A DNA stretch of 64,000 nt. Source: Candidatus Poseidoniaceae archaeon (GTDB lineage Archaea; Thermoplasmatota; Poseidoniia; Poseidoniales; Poseidoniaceae). Made by a program: the position numbers and the translations under genes. This document shows positions 33,910-44,099 of this stretch, piece after piece (position 1 is the stretch's first letter; the number at the start of each line of letters is the position of its first letter). The stretch is from the NCBI GenBank assembly GCA_938030705.1, contig CALHIR010000010.1, positions 47,130 through 111,129 of the forward strand. The letters are read 5' to 3'. The notes under the pieces are model-generated. The model ran no database searches, was not told where the DNA came from, and worked only from the letters and a program-made list of their open reading frames with translations.

Positions 33910-36560
33910 GTTCGCTCCTCCATGTCATGTTTCAGGGCATAAAGGACCTCGAGGGCTTGACGCGGGCTCAGATCGTCAACATTGGTCTCTTGCAGGCGTT
34001 GCATCATTCGCTCAACACTTGGCGACAACGCAGGCGGCGTTGGCGAAGAAGTTTTCATGGCTGCAGCTGCGAAATACCCCATCAGGCTGGCTTGGCCCGA
34101 ATCTCTTGATTGTGGTGCGCCGTGTTCACCCGCTTTTGCACCTCCTGCTTGCTGCTCAAGGAAGGCGAGTAAGTCGCTTGCACGCTCCACTACGCTTCGG
34201 GGTAGGCCAGCCAAAGCAGCGACTTGAACACCGTATGAATCATCGCATGGCCCATCTGCAACGGTGTGGAGGAAGCGAAGTTTCCCGTCGACTTGAGCCA
34301 CTTGGACATGGACATTGCACAACCCGTTTACCTCGCCCTCCAGGCCGATGAGTTGGTGGTAATGAGTGGCAAAAAGCGTCCGGGCACCGATTCTTGAGCA
34401 GATGTCCTCCGTGACGGACCACGCAATGGAAAGGCCGTCGAAAGTGGAGGTGCCTCGTCCAATCTCGTCCAACAGGACCAGGGAACGCTGCGTGGCCCGC
34501 TTGAGGATGTGGGCTACCTCGATCATTTCCATCATGAAGGTCGAACGCCCCCGCTTGAGGTCGTCACTTGCTCCTACCCGTGTAAAAATCCGGTCAACCA
34601 ATCCCACCTTGGCTTGCTTGGCGGGAACAAAACATCCGGCCTGTGCAAGAACAGTGACCAAGGCCACCGTCCGAAGGTAGGTGGATTTCCCACCCATATT
34701 GGGGCCCGTGATGAGCAGAAAACTCCGCTTTTGGTTCATCGAAACATCGTTGGGGACAAAACCGGACTGAGTTTCCAACACGGGGTGGCGAGCGCCATCA
34801 AGTTGGATTTGATGCTTGTCCGTGATTTCGGGTTTGGTCCAATTACGTTCCCTGCTCACCGATGCGAAGCACTGCAACACATCGATGGAAGCGACCCGTC
34901 GGGCGATGTCAGCCAAGGTCGCCGCCTGAGTGCCGCAATAGGTGCGAAGTTCGAGGAACCGGCGGTACTCAAGTTCTTTCAGTTTTGAATCGGCGGTGAG
35001 CAACAAGTCATCCCGCTCAACCAATTCCTCCGTAGTGTAGCGAGAGCCGTTGGTCAATTGTTGCTTCCTTCGCCACGTGTTTGGAACTTTTTCGATGTGC
35101 GCTTGGGTGACCTCGATGAACCACCCCACTTGTCGGTTGTTCTTGACCTTGAGCGAAGGGATAGCCAATTCCTCTCTGAGCCGTTGTTCAAGGTTGGTGA
35201 ACCAAGCCTTTCCTTCTGACGTGACGCTTCGCAAGCGGTCAACTTCCTCGTCCACCCCGGCTCGTAGGAGTCCTCCGTCCCGCAAACCGAGGGGAGGATG
35301 TTCGTCCAAGGTGTTGTGAATGGTCTCCCTCATCTCTTCAAGTTGGTCGAGGCCTTCACTGAGGTGGATGAGGAGTGGGTCCTGGCTGTCATTGCACCAT
35401 TGCACGAGGGCGGGCATCCGCTCAAGGGCATGGGCTGTGGCGACCAAATCCCTTGCATTACTGCGTTGGTAAGCGAGTTGGGTGGCCAATCGCTCCATGT
35501 CTCGGATTCCCTTCAAGGAGGTGCGCATGCCGTCCAACCGGCGAGCCGATCGTGTCAGGGTCGCCACGGCTTGATGGCGCGTTTGAATGGCCTCCGTGTT
35601 GGAAAGCGGATGCAAGAGCCAGGTTTTCAGAAGCCGCCTCCCCATGGCGGTTCGACATCGGTTGAGGGTGGAAAGCAAACTTCCGTCGTATTCCCCTGCC
35701 AAGGTTGACGTCAATTCCAAATTCCGTAGGGTGGTTTGGTCCAACAGCAGGTGGCCTTGTTCTTCCAGAAGTTCAACGTCTTGAAGGGGGATGTCTTGGC
35801 GCATGTGAACCGTCGCGAGGTAGTCAGCTGCGAGGCCTGTAGCCGAAATGGCCAACGGAGCATGGTCCAGGTCCAAGTGCCCCAAATCCGCCACATCAAG
35901 CATGCTTCGCAATCGTTCTTCTCGTTTTGCTTGGCTGAGTTGATGTTGGCTCACCATGGTAGACTCCAAGCGGGGAAAGAGGGGGGCGAGGTGGTCGTTT
36001 TCGGCGTCTTTTGGTGAGATCACAAGCTCGCTTGGTTGCCATCGGAGAAGGTCATCTTGGAGGCGAGTGAATCGTTCGGGCCCCTCGTGTGAACTCGCCC
36101 ACGCCTTCCCGGTGGATGCATCAAGCACGGCGAGGCCCAAGGCATCTGGGCCCAGCACAACACCGGCGAGCAGGGACTGCTCATCACCTTCCAACAACCC
36201 CTCCTCATAGAGGCTGCCGGGCGTGTAAACTCTGGTCGCCACTCGCTCCAGTAATTTGGCTCCAGGTCTCAATTCTTCTTCTTGCTCTGCTACCGTCACT
36301 TTGTAGCCAGCCCGGAGCATGGTGCGCAGATGGTCTTCAAGCCCGTGCCATGGGAAGCCCGCCATGGGGATGGGTTGGTCGGCGTTTTTGTCTCGAGAGG
36401 TCAGCGAAAGGCCAAGCACATCCGCCGCTACTTCTGCATCGTCGTGAAAGAGTTCGTAGAAATCTCCCATTCGGAAGAAGAGAACCGTGTCAGGATGCTG
36501 TTCTTTGATGTCAAAGAACTGGTCCATCATTCCTCTTTTTGACATGGTTGCACCCTCCAT
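33906..36560 (-). CDS. mutS: DNA mismatch repair protein MutS
   Basis: 884 aa. Mismatch-binding N-terminus (FFRMGDFYELF), Walker A (ITGPNMGGKSTYLR), DE (VLLDEIGRGTST), HTH C-terminus. 4-nt overlap with mutL. Confidence 0.92.
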   Translation of the reverse strand: MEGATMSKRGMMDQFFDIKEQHPDTVLFFRMGDFYELFHDDAEVAADVLGLSLTSRDKNADQPIPMAGFPWHGLEDHLRTMLRAGYKVTVAEQEEELRPGAKLLERVATRVYTPGSLYEEGLLEGDEQSLLAGVVLGPDALGLAVLDASTGKAWASSHEGPERFTRLQDDLLRWQPSELVISPKDAENDHLAPLFPRLESTMVSQHQLSQAKREERLRSMLDVADLGHLDLDHAPLAISATGLAADYLATVHMRQDIPLQDVELLEEQGHLLLDQTTLRNLELTSTLAGEYDGSLLSTLNRCRTAMGRRLLKTWLLHPLSNTEAIQTRHQAVATLTRSARRLDGMRTSLKGIRDMERLATQLAYQRSNARDLVATAHALERMPALVQWCNDSQDPLLIHLSEGLDQLEEMRETIHNTLDEHPPLGLRDGGLLRAGVDEEVDRLRSVTSEGKAWFTNLEQRLREELAIPSLKVKNNRQVGWFIEVTQAHIEKVPNTWRRKQQLTNGSRYTTEELVERDDLLLTADSKLKELEYRRFLELRTYCGTQAATLADIARRVASIDVLQCFASVSRERNWTKPEITDKHQIQLDGARHPVLETQSGFVPNDVSMNQKRSFLLITGPNMGGKSTYLRTVALVTVLAQAGCFVPAKQAKVGLVDRIFTRVGASDDLKRGRSTFMMEMIEVAHILKRATQRSLVLLDEIGRGTSTFDGLSIAWSVTEDICSRIGARTLFATHYHQLIGLEGEVNGLCNVHVQVAQVDGKLRFLHTVADGPCDDSYGVQVAALAGLPRSVVERASDLLAFLEQQAGGAKAGEHGAPQSRDSGQASLMGYFAAAAMKTSSPTPPALSPSVERMMQRLQETNVDDLSPRQALEVLYALKHDMEERT

Positions 36561-36654
36561 GGCTTACGCTGGAGTCTGAGAAGGCCGACGAGGGCACATG
36601 AAGGTTCTCAAGATGATGGCTCGTCAAAGCCGATATCCGCTGCCGGACAACGGA

Positions 36655-37863
36655 TTATGCTTGTGTGCGAAGTTGCTTGACTGCGTAGGTGAACATCATG
36701 GTGAGCAACGCCCCACCTCCGAGGAGGAACAACAGGTTCAAGAATCCACGGCCACTCTCTATAGAGCCTTCTGCTGTGATGTCGATGGACCATTGAATGG
36801 GCTCGCCTTCAGCATTTGTGCCGTGAACGTGAATGTAGTCGTCTTGAGCCCCCGCATCGGAAAGTTCAACCGGCACGGGGCGACTGAGTTGGTGCACCTC
36901 AAACACGCCTTCATCGTACGTTGAAATCGTGGTCGAGCCAAGAGCACCGATGAACCACGCCGTGCCTTCCTGGTCGCTCACCACCATGGCCGAGGGTGCA
37001 TCCAATGCCCGCACCTCTTGATTTGATGCGATGACCAAACTTTCAACGGTGCCACCGACGATCATGTCGGTTCCTGAAGAACCAAAGGAATGAAAAATAC
37101 CTGAGGCGAACATCTGGACGTTTCGAAGAACGGGCGTTGCTTCGTCTCCGTTCCATGTGATCCAACCAAGAACTGGCCTTGGCTCGGGGGTTGCGGGGCT
37201 TGAACCGTCGGCCCCTGATGTGCTGATATGGGTGCCAAGACCTACCCAGAGTCCTTCGGAGTGCGCTTCTACATGGTGCCATTGAACTCCAGACGAGGTT
37301 GACATCGGGGCGGTGGGTACCATGCCAACGACGCCTCGGAAGGAGTTCGAGCTTCCTTCTTGGGTGAGCATCAACCGCTGCGTGGCCGCTTTGTTTTCAA
37401 ATTCAGCAACATCGAGCACGGTAAAGGCACTCTCCTCTGACCCATAATCATAGGTCACCATGGTGTTACCCTGCAAACCTACCAGTTGATTGGGTTGAAC
37501 AGAGAACAGGATTTCGCCGTCGGGCATGGCTTTCAAGAAATTGACTTCATCGCCCAGATCCGTGCTCCCAGGACTGTAGACCGCGCTGACCGTACCGTCA
37601 TCCACGTGTTCGGTGAACAGGTGGTAGCCTGCCCCTGGGGCGTAAACGAGGGAGGTGTAGGAGGCGTTGTTTTGATGGTATTCGATGTCAAGGACCAATC
37701 CACCCTGATGCTGTGCAGTGACATTGGTGATGCGGTCGCCGACAAAATGGCCGGTAGCACTGATGGCGAACGCTCCGAGCAACACGAAAAGGGTGAAAAA
37801 GGACAGTGTAAGCCACTGGTGTTCGGATTCCTCCTCAAGCAGTCGGCGCCACCCTCCAGCCAT
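36655..37863 (-). CDS. membrane-anchored extracytoplasmic hypothetical protein
   Basis: 402 aa. N-terminal TM (LTLSFFTLFVLLGAFAI), beta-rich ectodomain, C-terminal TM. Confidence 0.5.
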   Translation of the reverse strand: MAGGWRRLLEEESEHQWLTLSFFTLFVLLGAFAISATGHFVGDRITNVTAQHQGGLVLDIEYHQNNASYTSLVYAPGAGYHLFTEHVDDGTVSAVYSPGSTDLGDEVNFLKAMPDGEILFSVQPNQLVGLQGNTMVTYDYGSEESAFTVLDVAEFENKAATQRLMLTQEGSSNSFRGVVGMVPTAPMSTSSGVQWHHVEAHSEGLWVGLGTHISTSGADGSSPATPEPRPVLGWITWNGDEATPVLRNVQMFASGIFHSFGSSGTDMIVGGTVESLVIASNQEVRALDAPSAMVVSDQEGTAWFIGALGSTTISTYDEGVFEVHQLSRPVPVELSDAGAQDDYIHVHGTNAEGEPIQWSIDITAEGSIESGRGFLNLLFLLGGGALLTMMFTYAVKQLRTQA

Positions 37864-37999
37864 GCATCATGCTGTGGGGTCCGCCCCATGAAGACTTTGC
37901 TTCCATCAGGTGCGAAGTGGCGGCCGGTTGAGGGTTGTCGGCGGGGGCGGAGATATCATAAAGGGAGCATCGGTCGCAGGAATGCTTGGAGGCATACCT

Positions 38000-38539
38000 A
38001 TGGCACGTAAACCAGCAGTGATGTACCGCCGTTTGAAAGGCCCTGCCTACACCCGCCGAAAGTACATCGGTGGTGTCCCCAACAACCGTATCATGCAATT
38101 CCACGTCGGAAACCGCCGTGCTGCTGAAACCGGACAATTCCAAGTGGTCATCGAACTTCGTGCCGACAACGATGTTCAAATTCGTCACACGGCCCTGGAG
38201 GCCGCTCGTGTCGTCTCCAACTCCACGATTCGTAATCAGGCCGGTGCACAAGGCTACGCTCTTCGAGTTCACACCTTCCCTCACCACGTGCTCCGAGAGA
38301 ACAAGCAAGCCACCGGTGCTGGTGCAGACCGTGTTTCACAAGGTATGCGATGTGCTTTCGGTAAGAACGTCGGAACAGCTGCCCGTGTAAAGCGTGGCCA
38401 GCGAGTCATTTCAATTCAGGTCAACGCCGAGCACTACCTCACCGCCCGTGATGCGCTTCGCAAGGCCAGCATGAAATTCCCCACCCCGTGCACCATCCGC
38501 CTCATCCGAGGACATGAGCATCTCAAGGGTCTCATTTGA
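38000..38539 (+). CDS. rpl10e: 50S ribosomal protein L10e (uL16)
   Basis: MARKPAVMYRRLKGPAYTRRKYIGGVP... is the canonical L10e N-terminus. Start trimmed to Met31 of ORF 37910..38539. Confidence 0.9.
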   Translation: MARKPAVMYRRLKGPAYTRRKYIGGVPNNRIMQFHVGNRRAAETGQFQVVIELRADNDVQIRHTALEAARVVSNSTIRNQAGAQGYALRVHTFPHHVLRENKQATGAGADRVSQGMRCAFGKNVGTAARVKRGQRVISIQVNAEHYLTARDALRKASMKFPTPCTIRLIRGHEHLKGLI

Positions 38540-38632
38540 GCAACAGCACTTTGGCTGTCTTTCCCGGTTTTTGACCGGGGAACGGCAGGTGAAACAAAAT
38601 AGAAAAGACGAGAGGATAGGCTGGGTGACGGA

Positions 38633-40411
38633 ATGCGTGTTGCGGTTCTTAAGGAAGACAATTGTCAACCGAAGAAGTGTAACGACGAGTGTCAAGTGTT
38701 CTGTCCACCTGTCCGAAACGGGCAAGAATGCATCATTATGGACGAGCAGACCGGGAAGCCCCACATTTCCGAAAGCCTGTGCATCGGATGCGGCATCTGC
38801 ATCAACAAGTGCCCCCATGATGCTCTGATCATCGAAAACCTTCCCAGTGAACTCGAGACCGATATGATTCATCGTTATTCCATGAACGGTTTCCGTTTGT
38901 TCCGCTTACCAACGCCCTCCAAAGAAAGCGTTGTGGGTATTCTTGGCCCTAACGGGATGGGCAAGTCCACCGCCATCAGTGCCCTATCTGGCCGCATGAC
39001 CCCCAATCTGGGGGATTGGCTTGACCAAGAACCAGATTGGGACAACGTCATCGAATCGCTTCCGAAAGGAGAACTCAGGGATTTCTTTATCGCCATCCAA
39101 AAGGGGAGCATCCGCGTGGCGCTCAAACCACAAAACGTGGATAAACTCCCAAAACGCATCAACGGTACCGTGCACGATCTTTTGACGAAAGTGGACGAGC
39201 GAGGCCTGCTCGAAGCAACCACGCGTTCGTTGGGCATCGACCATCTCCTCCAACGCACCGTTCAGCAACTTTCGGGTGGTGAATTGCAGCGCATGGCCAT
39301 CTGCGCTACGATTCTCCGAGACGCGGAGGTGTACTTTTTCGATGAACCCTCTTCATATCTTGACATCCACGAACGAATGCGGATCGTGCGTATTATCCAA
39401 GACCTCGCCGAAACCAAGCGTGTCATCGTTATTGAACACGATTTGGCGGTCCTCGATGTGTTGGCCGATCTGGTTCACATCGTGTACGGAAAGAAGGGGG
39501 CTTTCGGCATCTTTACGCCAGCACGCTCGACGCGCCAGGCCATCAACACCTACCTTGACGGTTTTCTTCCTGAAGAGAACGTCCGCATTCGGGATAAGCC
39601 GATCAAATTCCTTCGTCATCGTGACCGGAACGCAGAGATTGGTACGCCGGTCGTCAGCTGGGGCGGGCTCGAGAAGCAACTTGGTGAGTTTAAACTCACT
39701 TCAGGCGAGGGGGCCGTACACCGGTCTGAAGTCGTCGGTGTCGTCGGTTCAAACGGTACCGGAAAATCGACCATGGTCAAAATCCTCGCTGGTGAGCATG
39801 AATACGACGGGGGCTGGGTCACTGCCGACGCCACGATTTCCTACAAACCCCAACATATCGATGTGGATATTGACGGTTCGGTTCAACTGTGGTTGGACAG
39901 TGAATTGGGCCCCCGTTGGCGAAGCGGTGAGTTCAACGTGAACGTCATCAAAGCCTTAGGCATCGACCAACTCTTGCCGAAGCGAGTCAAGAAACTCTCG
40001 GGGGGGGAGCGTCAAGCGGTCTCCATTGCCGTTTGCTTGGGACGCGAGGCCGACCTTTACCTGCTGGACGAACCTTCGGCTCATTTGGACGCAAACGCTC
40101 GTATGGAAGCCGCCAAAGCCATCCGAAGAACGATGGAAGCCAACGAGAAGTCGGCCTTTGTTATTGATCACGACGTTTATTTCATCGATATTGTTTCGGA
40201 TTCGCTCTTGGTCTTTGAGGGTAAGGGCGGGGTTGAGGGTCGCGCAACTGGCCCTTACAACCTGAGAGAAGGTATGAATCGTTTCTTGGCAGGGGTTGAC
40301 GTCACCTTCCGACGAGACCACGATTCACGTCGCCCCCGAATCAACAAGAACGAGAGCAGAAAAGACCGGGAACAACGAAACAGTGGTGACTACTATTCCT
40401 ACGATGCATGA
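38633..40411 (+). CDS. abce1: ribosome recycling factor ABCE1 (RNase L inhibitor; twin 4Fe-4S plus two ABC domains)
   Basis: 592 aa. N-terminal ferredoxin-like CxxCxxC...C clusters. Two Walker A motifs (GPNGMGKST; GSNGTGKST), two LSGGE signatures. Confidence 0.92.
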   Translation: MRVAVLKEDNCQPKKCNDECQVFCPPVRNGQECIIMDEQTGKPHISESLCIGCGICINKCPHDALIIENLPSELETDMIHRYSMNGFRLFRLPTPSKESVVGILGPNGMGKSTAISALSGRMTPNLGDWLDQEPDWDNVIESLPKGELRDFFIAIQKGSIRVALKPQNVDKLPKRINGTVHDLLTKVDERGLLEATTRSLGIDHLLQRTVQQLSGGELQRMAICATILRDAEVYFFDEPSSYLDIHERMRIVRIIQDLAETKRVIVIEHDLAVLDVLADLVHIVYGKKGAFGIFTPARSTRQAINTYLDGFLPEENVRIRDKPIKFLRHRDRNAEIGTPVVSWGGLEKQLGEFKLTSGEGAVHRSEVVGVVGSNGTGKSTMVKILAGEHEYDGGWVTADATISYKPQHIDVDIDGSVQLWLDSELGPRWRSGEFNVNVIKALGIDQLLPKRVKKLSGGERQAVSIAVCLGREADLYLLDEPSAHLDANARMEAAKAIRRTMEANEKSAFVIDHDVYFIDIVSDSLLVFEGKGGVEGRATGPYNLREGMNRFLAGVDVTFRRDHDSRRPRINKNESRKDREQRNSGDYYSYDA

Positions 40412-40450
40412 TGTTCTGCTGGGCCTTGCTTTCGTGAAGGAGGCCATGAT

Positions 40451-42193
40451 ATGCCTGTAGGTCTTCCCCCTCGTGGAGGTCCACTTGGGCGAACCAGAGG
40501 CCGGATTTCAGCGAGTTCGCTGACGACCTATTTGCGATGTCCAAAACAGTGGCTCTTTGCCTATCAAATCGGTCTTCAAGGGCCCACGCGACCCTCACAA
40601 ATCTTGGGTATCGTGCTTGAAGACGCTCTCTGCGAGTTGTTGATGATGCACCCACCAAAGGTTTCCAGTTTTGAGGAGTTGAACACTTGGGCCTCTGGCA
40701 ATGTCGCCGACGTGGCTCAGCGAGCTTTGGCTACCGGCGAGACGATGTGGGATGAGGTGCTTTGGAAAACAAGCGAAGACGCATGGGATGAAGTCGATGT
40801 AGCCTCGTTGGAGGAACGTCTCGCTGGCGGTTTGAGCCTGTTCTATGAAGAAGTCCACGCATGCTTCAATCAAAACGGAGGACCCTACCTCCATCAACGA
40901 AGAACCGGTCAACAGCCGTTTGTGGTTCCCGAACCTGCTCAAAGCACCGTGCCGGTCTTCCCGCTTCCCGACAAGGTGAGGGATGTTGAGAAACGAGCAT
41001 GGGCAGCCTCTTCTTCGCCGTCATGGTCGGCACCCGAAGCCCCCATCACCTGGCATGAAGCCTGGGAGTGTGCTCGACCGTGGTTCAAAGACCCGCGTGT
41101 CCATCAGCCCCAACGCCTTTACCACCCGGATGGTTGGGCCTCAGGTGAATTGGATATGGTCCTTCGTTGGGACGGTCAGGTTCGAATCGTCGATATCAAA
41201 TCAGGTTCTCCGGGCTCGGCTTTTGCCTCCTCTCTTGAACACCAACTCCGGTTTTACGCATGGTTGTGGCATGAAACTCATGACGGTCAAACCGTCAACG
41301 GCATGGAAGGCTGGTACCTCAACGGCGGGCATCGCGTCCCGTATGCTCCGCCGGCCAAGAACGAGATGGCGGGGCTCACCTCCACCTTCCACGAACACCA
41401 CCGCGCCATGCAGCGTGCTGAAAAAGGCGTGAAGTCCTTCCCCGTGGCTCCTTCAGAGGCCTGTCAGGGTGAAGCAACAGGTTGTGGCTGGTGTGCTGTG
41501 TCTCGCACGGCCGCTGGCGAATGGTCCGTGCCCGAGCATCTCTCTTGGATTACGACCCTGCCGGAGGTGTCCATGAAAACCCCCTATGCGCCGCTTGGTG
41601 ATGTCCAAGGGCGCGTCGCCGTCCGAGGTCGTTTAACCGGGGCTTGGGGGCCGATGCCCAATCATTTCGCTGAACCCGTTTTGGGTGCGGTTTTGGTCGT
41701 TGGTCAGCAACACATCATCGTTGAGGAAAGCGAACCCGGTGCATTTTCTCAACTGCATGACCACATGGAACAGGAGATCGTGCTGGTGGACGCACTTCCG
41801 GGGGTGTGGCGGGACCAACCTCGTCTCTATGTTGATGCCACCACTGTTTTGCATTCTCACGCCGATGTGGATAAGGCAACGCTCCCGGAACTGACACGTC
41901 TGGGCCTGCTTCGGACACGAACCAACGTCAAGGGGCATGTCATCGGCATCCGTCGCCGTTCCGGTACGCGTGTTGATGGAAAACCATGGGGGATGCTCAC
42001 GCTGATGCTCTGGGATGGACATCATCTCGCCGAGGTGGTGGCCTTCGGTGCCAGCATCAATCAACGCTTGCTGAGTTTGCGACCCGGCGATGGCGTGGCG
42101 ATGACGGGCGTCGAACTTGGGTGGCGGTCGGGTCTTCTGCAACTCCGTATCGACAATCGGAAAACCCGATTGGAAACTTTCACTCAACATTGA
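40451..42193 (+). CDS. Cas4/RecB-family Fe-S PD-(D/E)xK nuclease fused to C-terminal OB-fold domains (paralog A)
   Basis: 580 aa. N-terminal Cys motif SASSLTTYLRCPKQW. Nuclease core (GELDMVLRWDG...RIVDIKSG, QLRFYAWLW). C-terminal Cys triad CQGEATGCGWC. Then two RPA/SSB-like OB-fold stretches (VAVRGRLTG..., GHVIGIRRRSG...WDGHHLAEVVAFG). Confidence 0.7.
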   Translation: MPVGLPPRGGPLGRTRGRISASSLTTYLRCPKQWLFAYQIGLQGPTRPSQILGIVLEDALCELLMMHPPKVSSFEELNTWASGNVADVAQRALATGETMWDEVLWKTSEDAWDEVDVASLEERLAGGLSLFYEEVHACFNQNGGPYLHQRRTGQQPFVVPEPAQSTVPVFPLPDKVRDVEKRAWAASSSPSWSAPEAPITWHEAWECARPWFKDPRVHQPQRLYHPDGWASGELDMVLRWDGQVRIVDIKSGSPGSAFASSLEHQLRFYAWLWHETHDGQTVNGMEGWYLNGGHRVPYAPPAKNEMAGLTSTFHEHHRAMQRAEKGVKSFPVAPSEACQGEATGCGWCAVSRTAAGEWSVPEHLSWITTLPEVSMKTPYAPLGDVQGRVAVRGRLTGAWGPMPNHFAEPVLGAVLVVGQQHIIVEESEPGAFSQLHDHMEQEIVLVDALPGVWRDQPRLYVDATTVLHSHADVDKATLPELTRLGLLRTRTNVKGHVIGIRRRSGTRVDGKPWGMLTLMLWDGHHLAEVVAFGASINQRLLSLRPGDGVAMTGVELGWRSGLLQLRIDNRKTRLETFTQH

Positions 42194-42215
42194 ACCACCA
42201 TCAAGGCACTGAGGC

Positions 42216-44099
42216 TTGAAAAAGAGTGGGTGCTTTGGTCGTTTCATGCCCGTGCACATGGCCAAGAGAGAGAACGATGCCGTCGGGCCTTACAACCGGA
42301 TGTCGGCCAGTCAAGCCAACACCTACTTGGCTTGTCCCCGCCTTTGGTTTTATCAGAAAGTTTACCGGTTCAAAATGCCCCAAATTCCGGTGCTTTTTGT
42401 CGGGAGGGCGGTTGAGGAAGCCGTCTGTCATGTGCTGCGTGAGTCTCCAGGTTTTATCGTTTCAAACGCAAGCCAAAACGCCATTGGTTCTTCGCCATAC
42501 AACGAGGATGGTCAACCCCTGCAAGGAAAGGAGTACGTTTGGCCAGCGATGGGTTTGATGCCATTTCCCCCCGAAGAATTGCCGCAATCCAGAGCTGCGC
42601 TCGAAGCGTGGGCTATCGAGCGGTGCCGCATCCATCTGCCGCCGGCGTTGGAGCGCATGCGGCTGGAATGGGAAAAGGATGAACGAAAAGCAGGGGAGTG
42701 GAGTCAGGTCGATCCCGACCGATGCATGGCCATGGTTGAGAGCGGCCTCCGATTTCACCTTGATGAAGTTGAACGCTGTTTTAACCAAGACGGGGGGCCG
42801 AACAAAGAGGAGTGGCGTCGAGGTGAACGGGCGCTCTGGCCCGCTCCCGATGGTTTTCCACACCAACCCTTCGAAGGGGGTCACCCCCTCCGTGGCGAAG
42901 GTCATGTTTCATGGACCGAGGCCTGGGAACTCGCGCGCCCTTGGTTCGTTGACCCAAGTGCACCAAAGTTCACCATGAATGCCATTCATCCCGAGCATTG
43001 GTTTCAGGGGGAATACGACTTGGTTTATCGCTGGTCCGGAACGCCGGTCATCGTTGATCTCAAAGCGAGTTTGGGAGCAAACGACCGTTCGGGAGATTAT
43101 GTTGAACAACTCAAGATGTACGCTATGTTGTGGTACGTTACCCACAACCGACAAGAAACGGTTGGTGGTCTCCAAATTTGGTACCTTGGCCACCCCAGCA
43201 TCAAGTCCATCCCCGTCCCCAGTTCGGAGGAGATGGAAGCGATTGAGGCGGAGATGAAAGCCCTCTGGGACGACTTGAAAGACGCCACACCATCACTCGC
43301 TGATTGTCCGCCTGCGCCCAAAGCGATGCGAGGTTTCTCGCCGGGTGGAAAGCCGTCAGAGCCGCCTTCGACATCCCGGTGCGAAGGGTGTGATTGGCGT
43401 GCCGTGTGTCCGGGGGGCGAAGGGACTGACGAACCACGACTTTCGTCTTCCGTTCAACTTCCAAGTTTCAATCAACAAACGCCACTTCAGGAAATTGGTC
43501 TGCTCAACCCACGAGCGACTGTCCGGGGGGAATTGTTCTCAGTGGGCTATGTAAGAGATAACATACCTTTGAGGATGACGTTGAAACAAGGCACCAATTC
43601 GGCTCACATTCAAGTGGTCTCAACGGTCAATGCTGATGGTGAACCAACGGTTGCTGTGCCCGCCATGAAAGGCGCTAAAGTTCTGCTTAAGGACGCCGTC
43701 TTCACCATCAATTGGAAAGGTGAAATCGTTCTGAAAATGGACCCCTTCGCTCGGCTAGAGGCGGACGATGACCCCGATGTGGAATCCTTTGACTTGTTTG
43801 ATTTTCAAGCGAAGCATAACGTTGGTGGCACCGTGATCTACACTTATGAAAAATCAGGTGTTGGTAAAAACGGGAAGGCTTGGTCTCGAAAAGGCCTCAT
43901 GTTGATGGACCATACGGGTGCCTGTAAGGTCGAGGGTTGGGCAGACGACTGGAATTCACAATACGCCATGCTTACGGTTGGCGACGTCGTTGTTATCGCA
44001 AACGTTGGTTTGGATGCGTGGGCTTCCGAAATCCGTTGTGATTATACTCGGAATTCGCGACTGCAAATCATTGAGCGTGTGGACCGCTCAGCCGCCTGA
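42216..44099 (+). CDS. Cas4/RecB-family Fe-S PD-(D/E)xK nuclease fused to C-terminal OB-fold domains (paralog B)
   Basis: 627 aa. Same architecture as paralog A: YLACPRLWFY; GEYDLVYRW...VIVDLKAS; EQLKMYAMLW; CEGCDWRAVC; RPA-like OB fold (MLMDHTGACKVEGWADDW...GDVVVIANVG). The start may be Met15 (about 42258). Confidence 0.7.
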   Translation: MKKSGCFGRFMPVHMAKRENDAVGPYNRMSASQANTYLACPRLWFYQKVYRFKMPQIPVLFVGRAVEEAVCHVLRESPGFIVSNASQNAIGSSPYNEDGQPLQGKEYVWPAMGLMPFPPEELPQSRAALEAWAIERCRIHLPPALERMRLEWEKDERKAGEWSQVDPDRCMAMVESGLRFHLDEVERCFNQDGGPNKEEWRRGERALWPAPDGFPHQPFEGGHPLRGEGHVSWTEAWELARPWFVDPSAPKFTMNAIHPEHWFQGEYDLVYRWSGTPVIVDLKASLGANDRSGDYVEQLKMYAMLWYVTHNRQETVGGLQIWYLGHPSIKSIPVPSSEEMEAIEAEMKALWDDLKDATPSLADCPPAPKAMRGFSPGGKPSEPPSTSRCEGCDWRAVCPGGEGTDEPRLSSSVQLPSFNQQTPLQEIGLLNPRATVRGELFSVGYVRDNIPLRMTLKQGTNSAHIQVVSTVNADGEPTVAVPAMKGAKVLLKDAVFTINWKGEIVLKMDPFARLEADDDPDVESFDLFDFQAKHNVGGTVIYTYEKSGVGKNGKAWSRKGLMLMDHTGACKVEGWADDWNSQYAMLTVGDVVVIANVGLDAWASEIRCDYTRNSRLQIIERVDRSAA

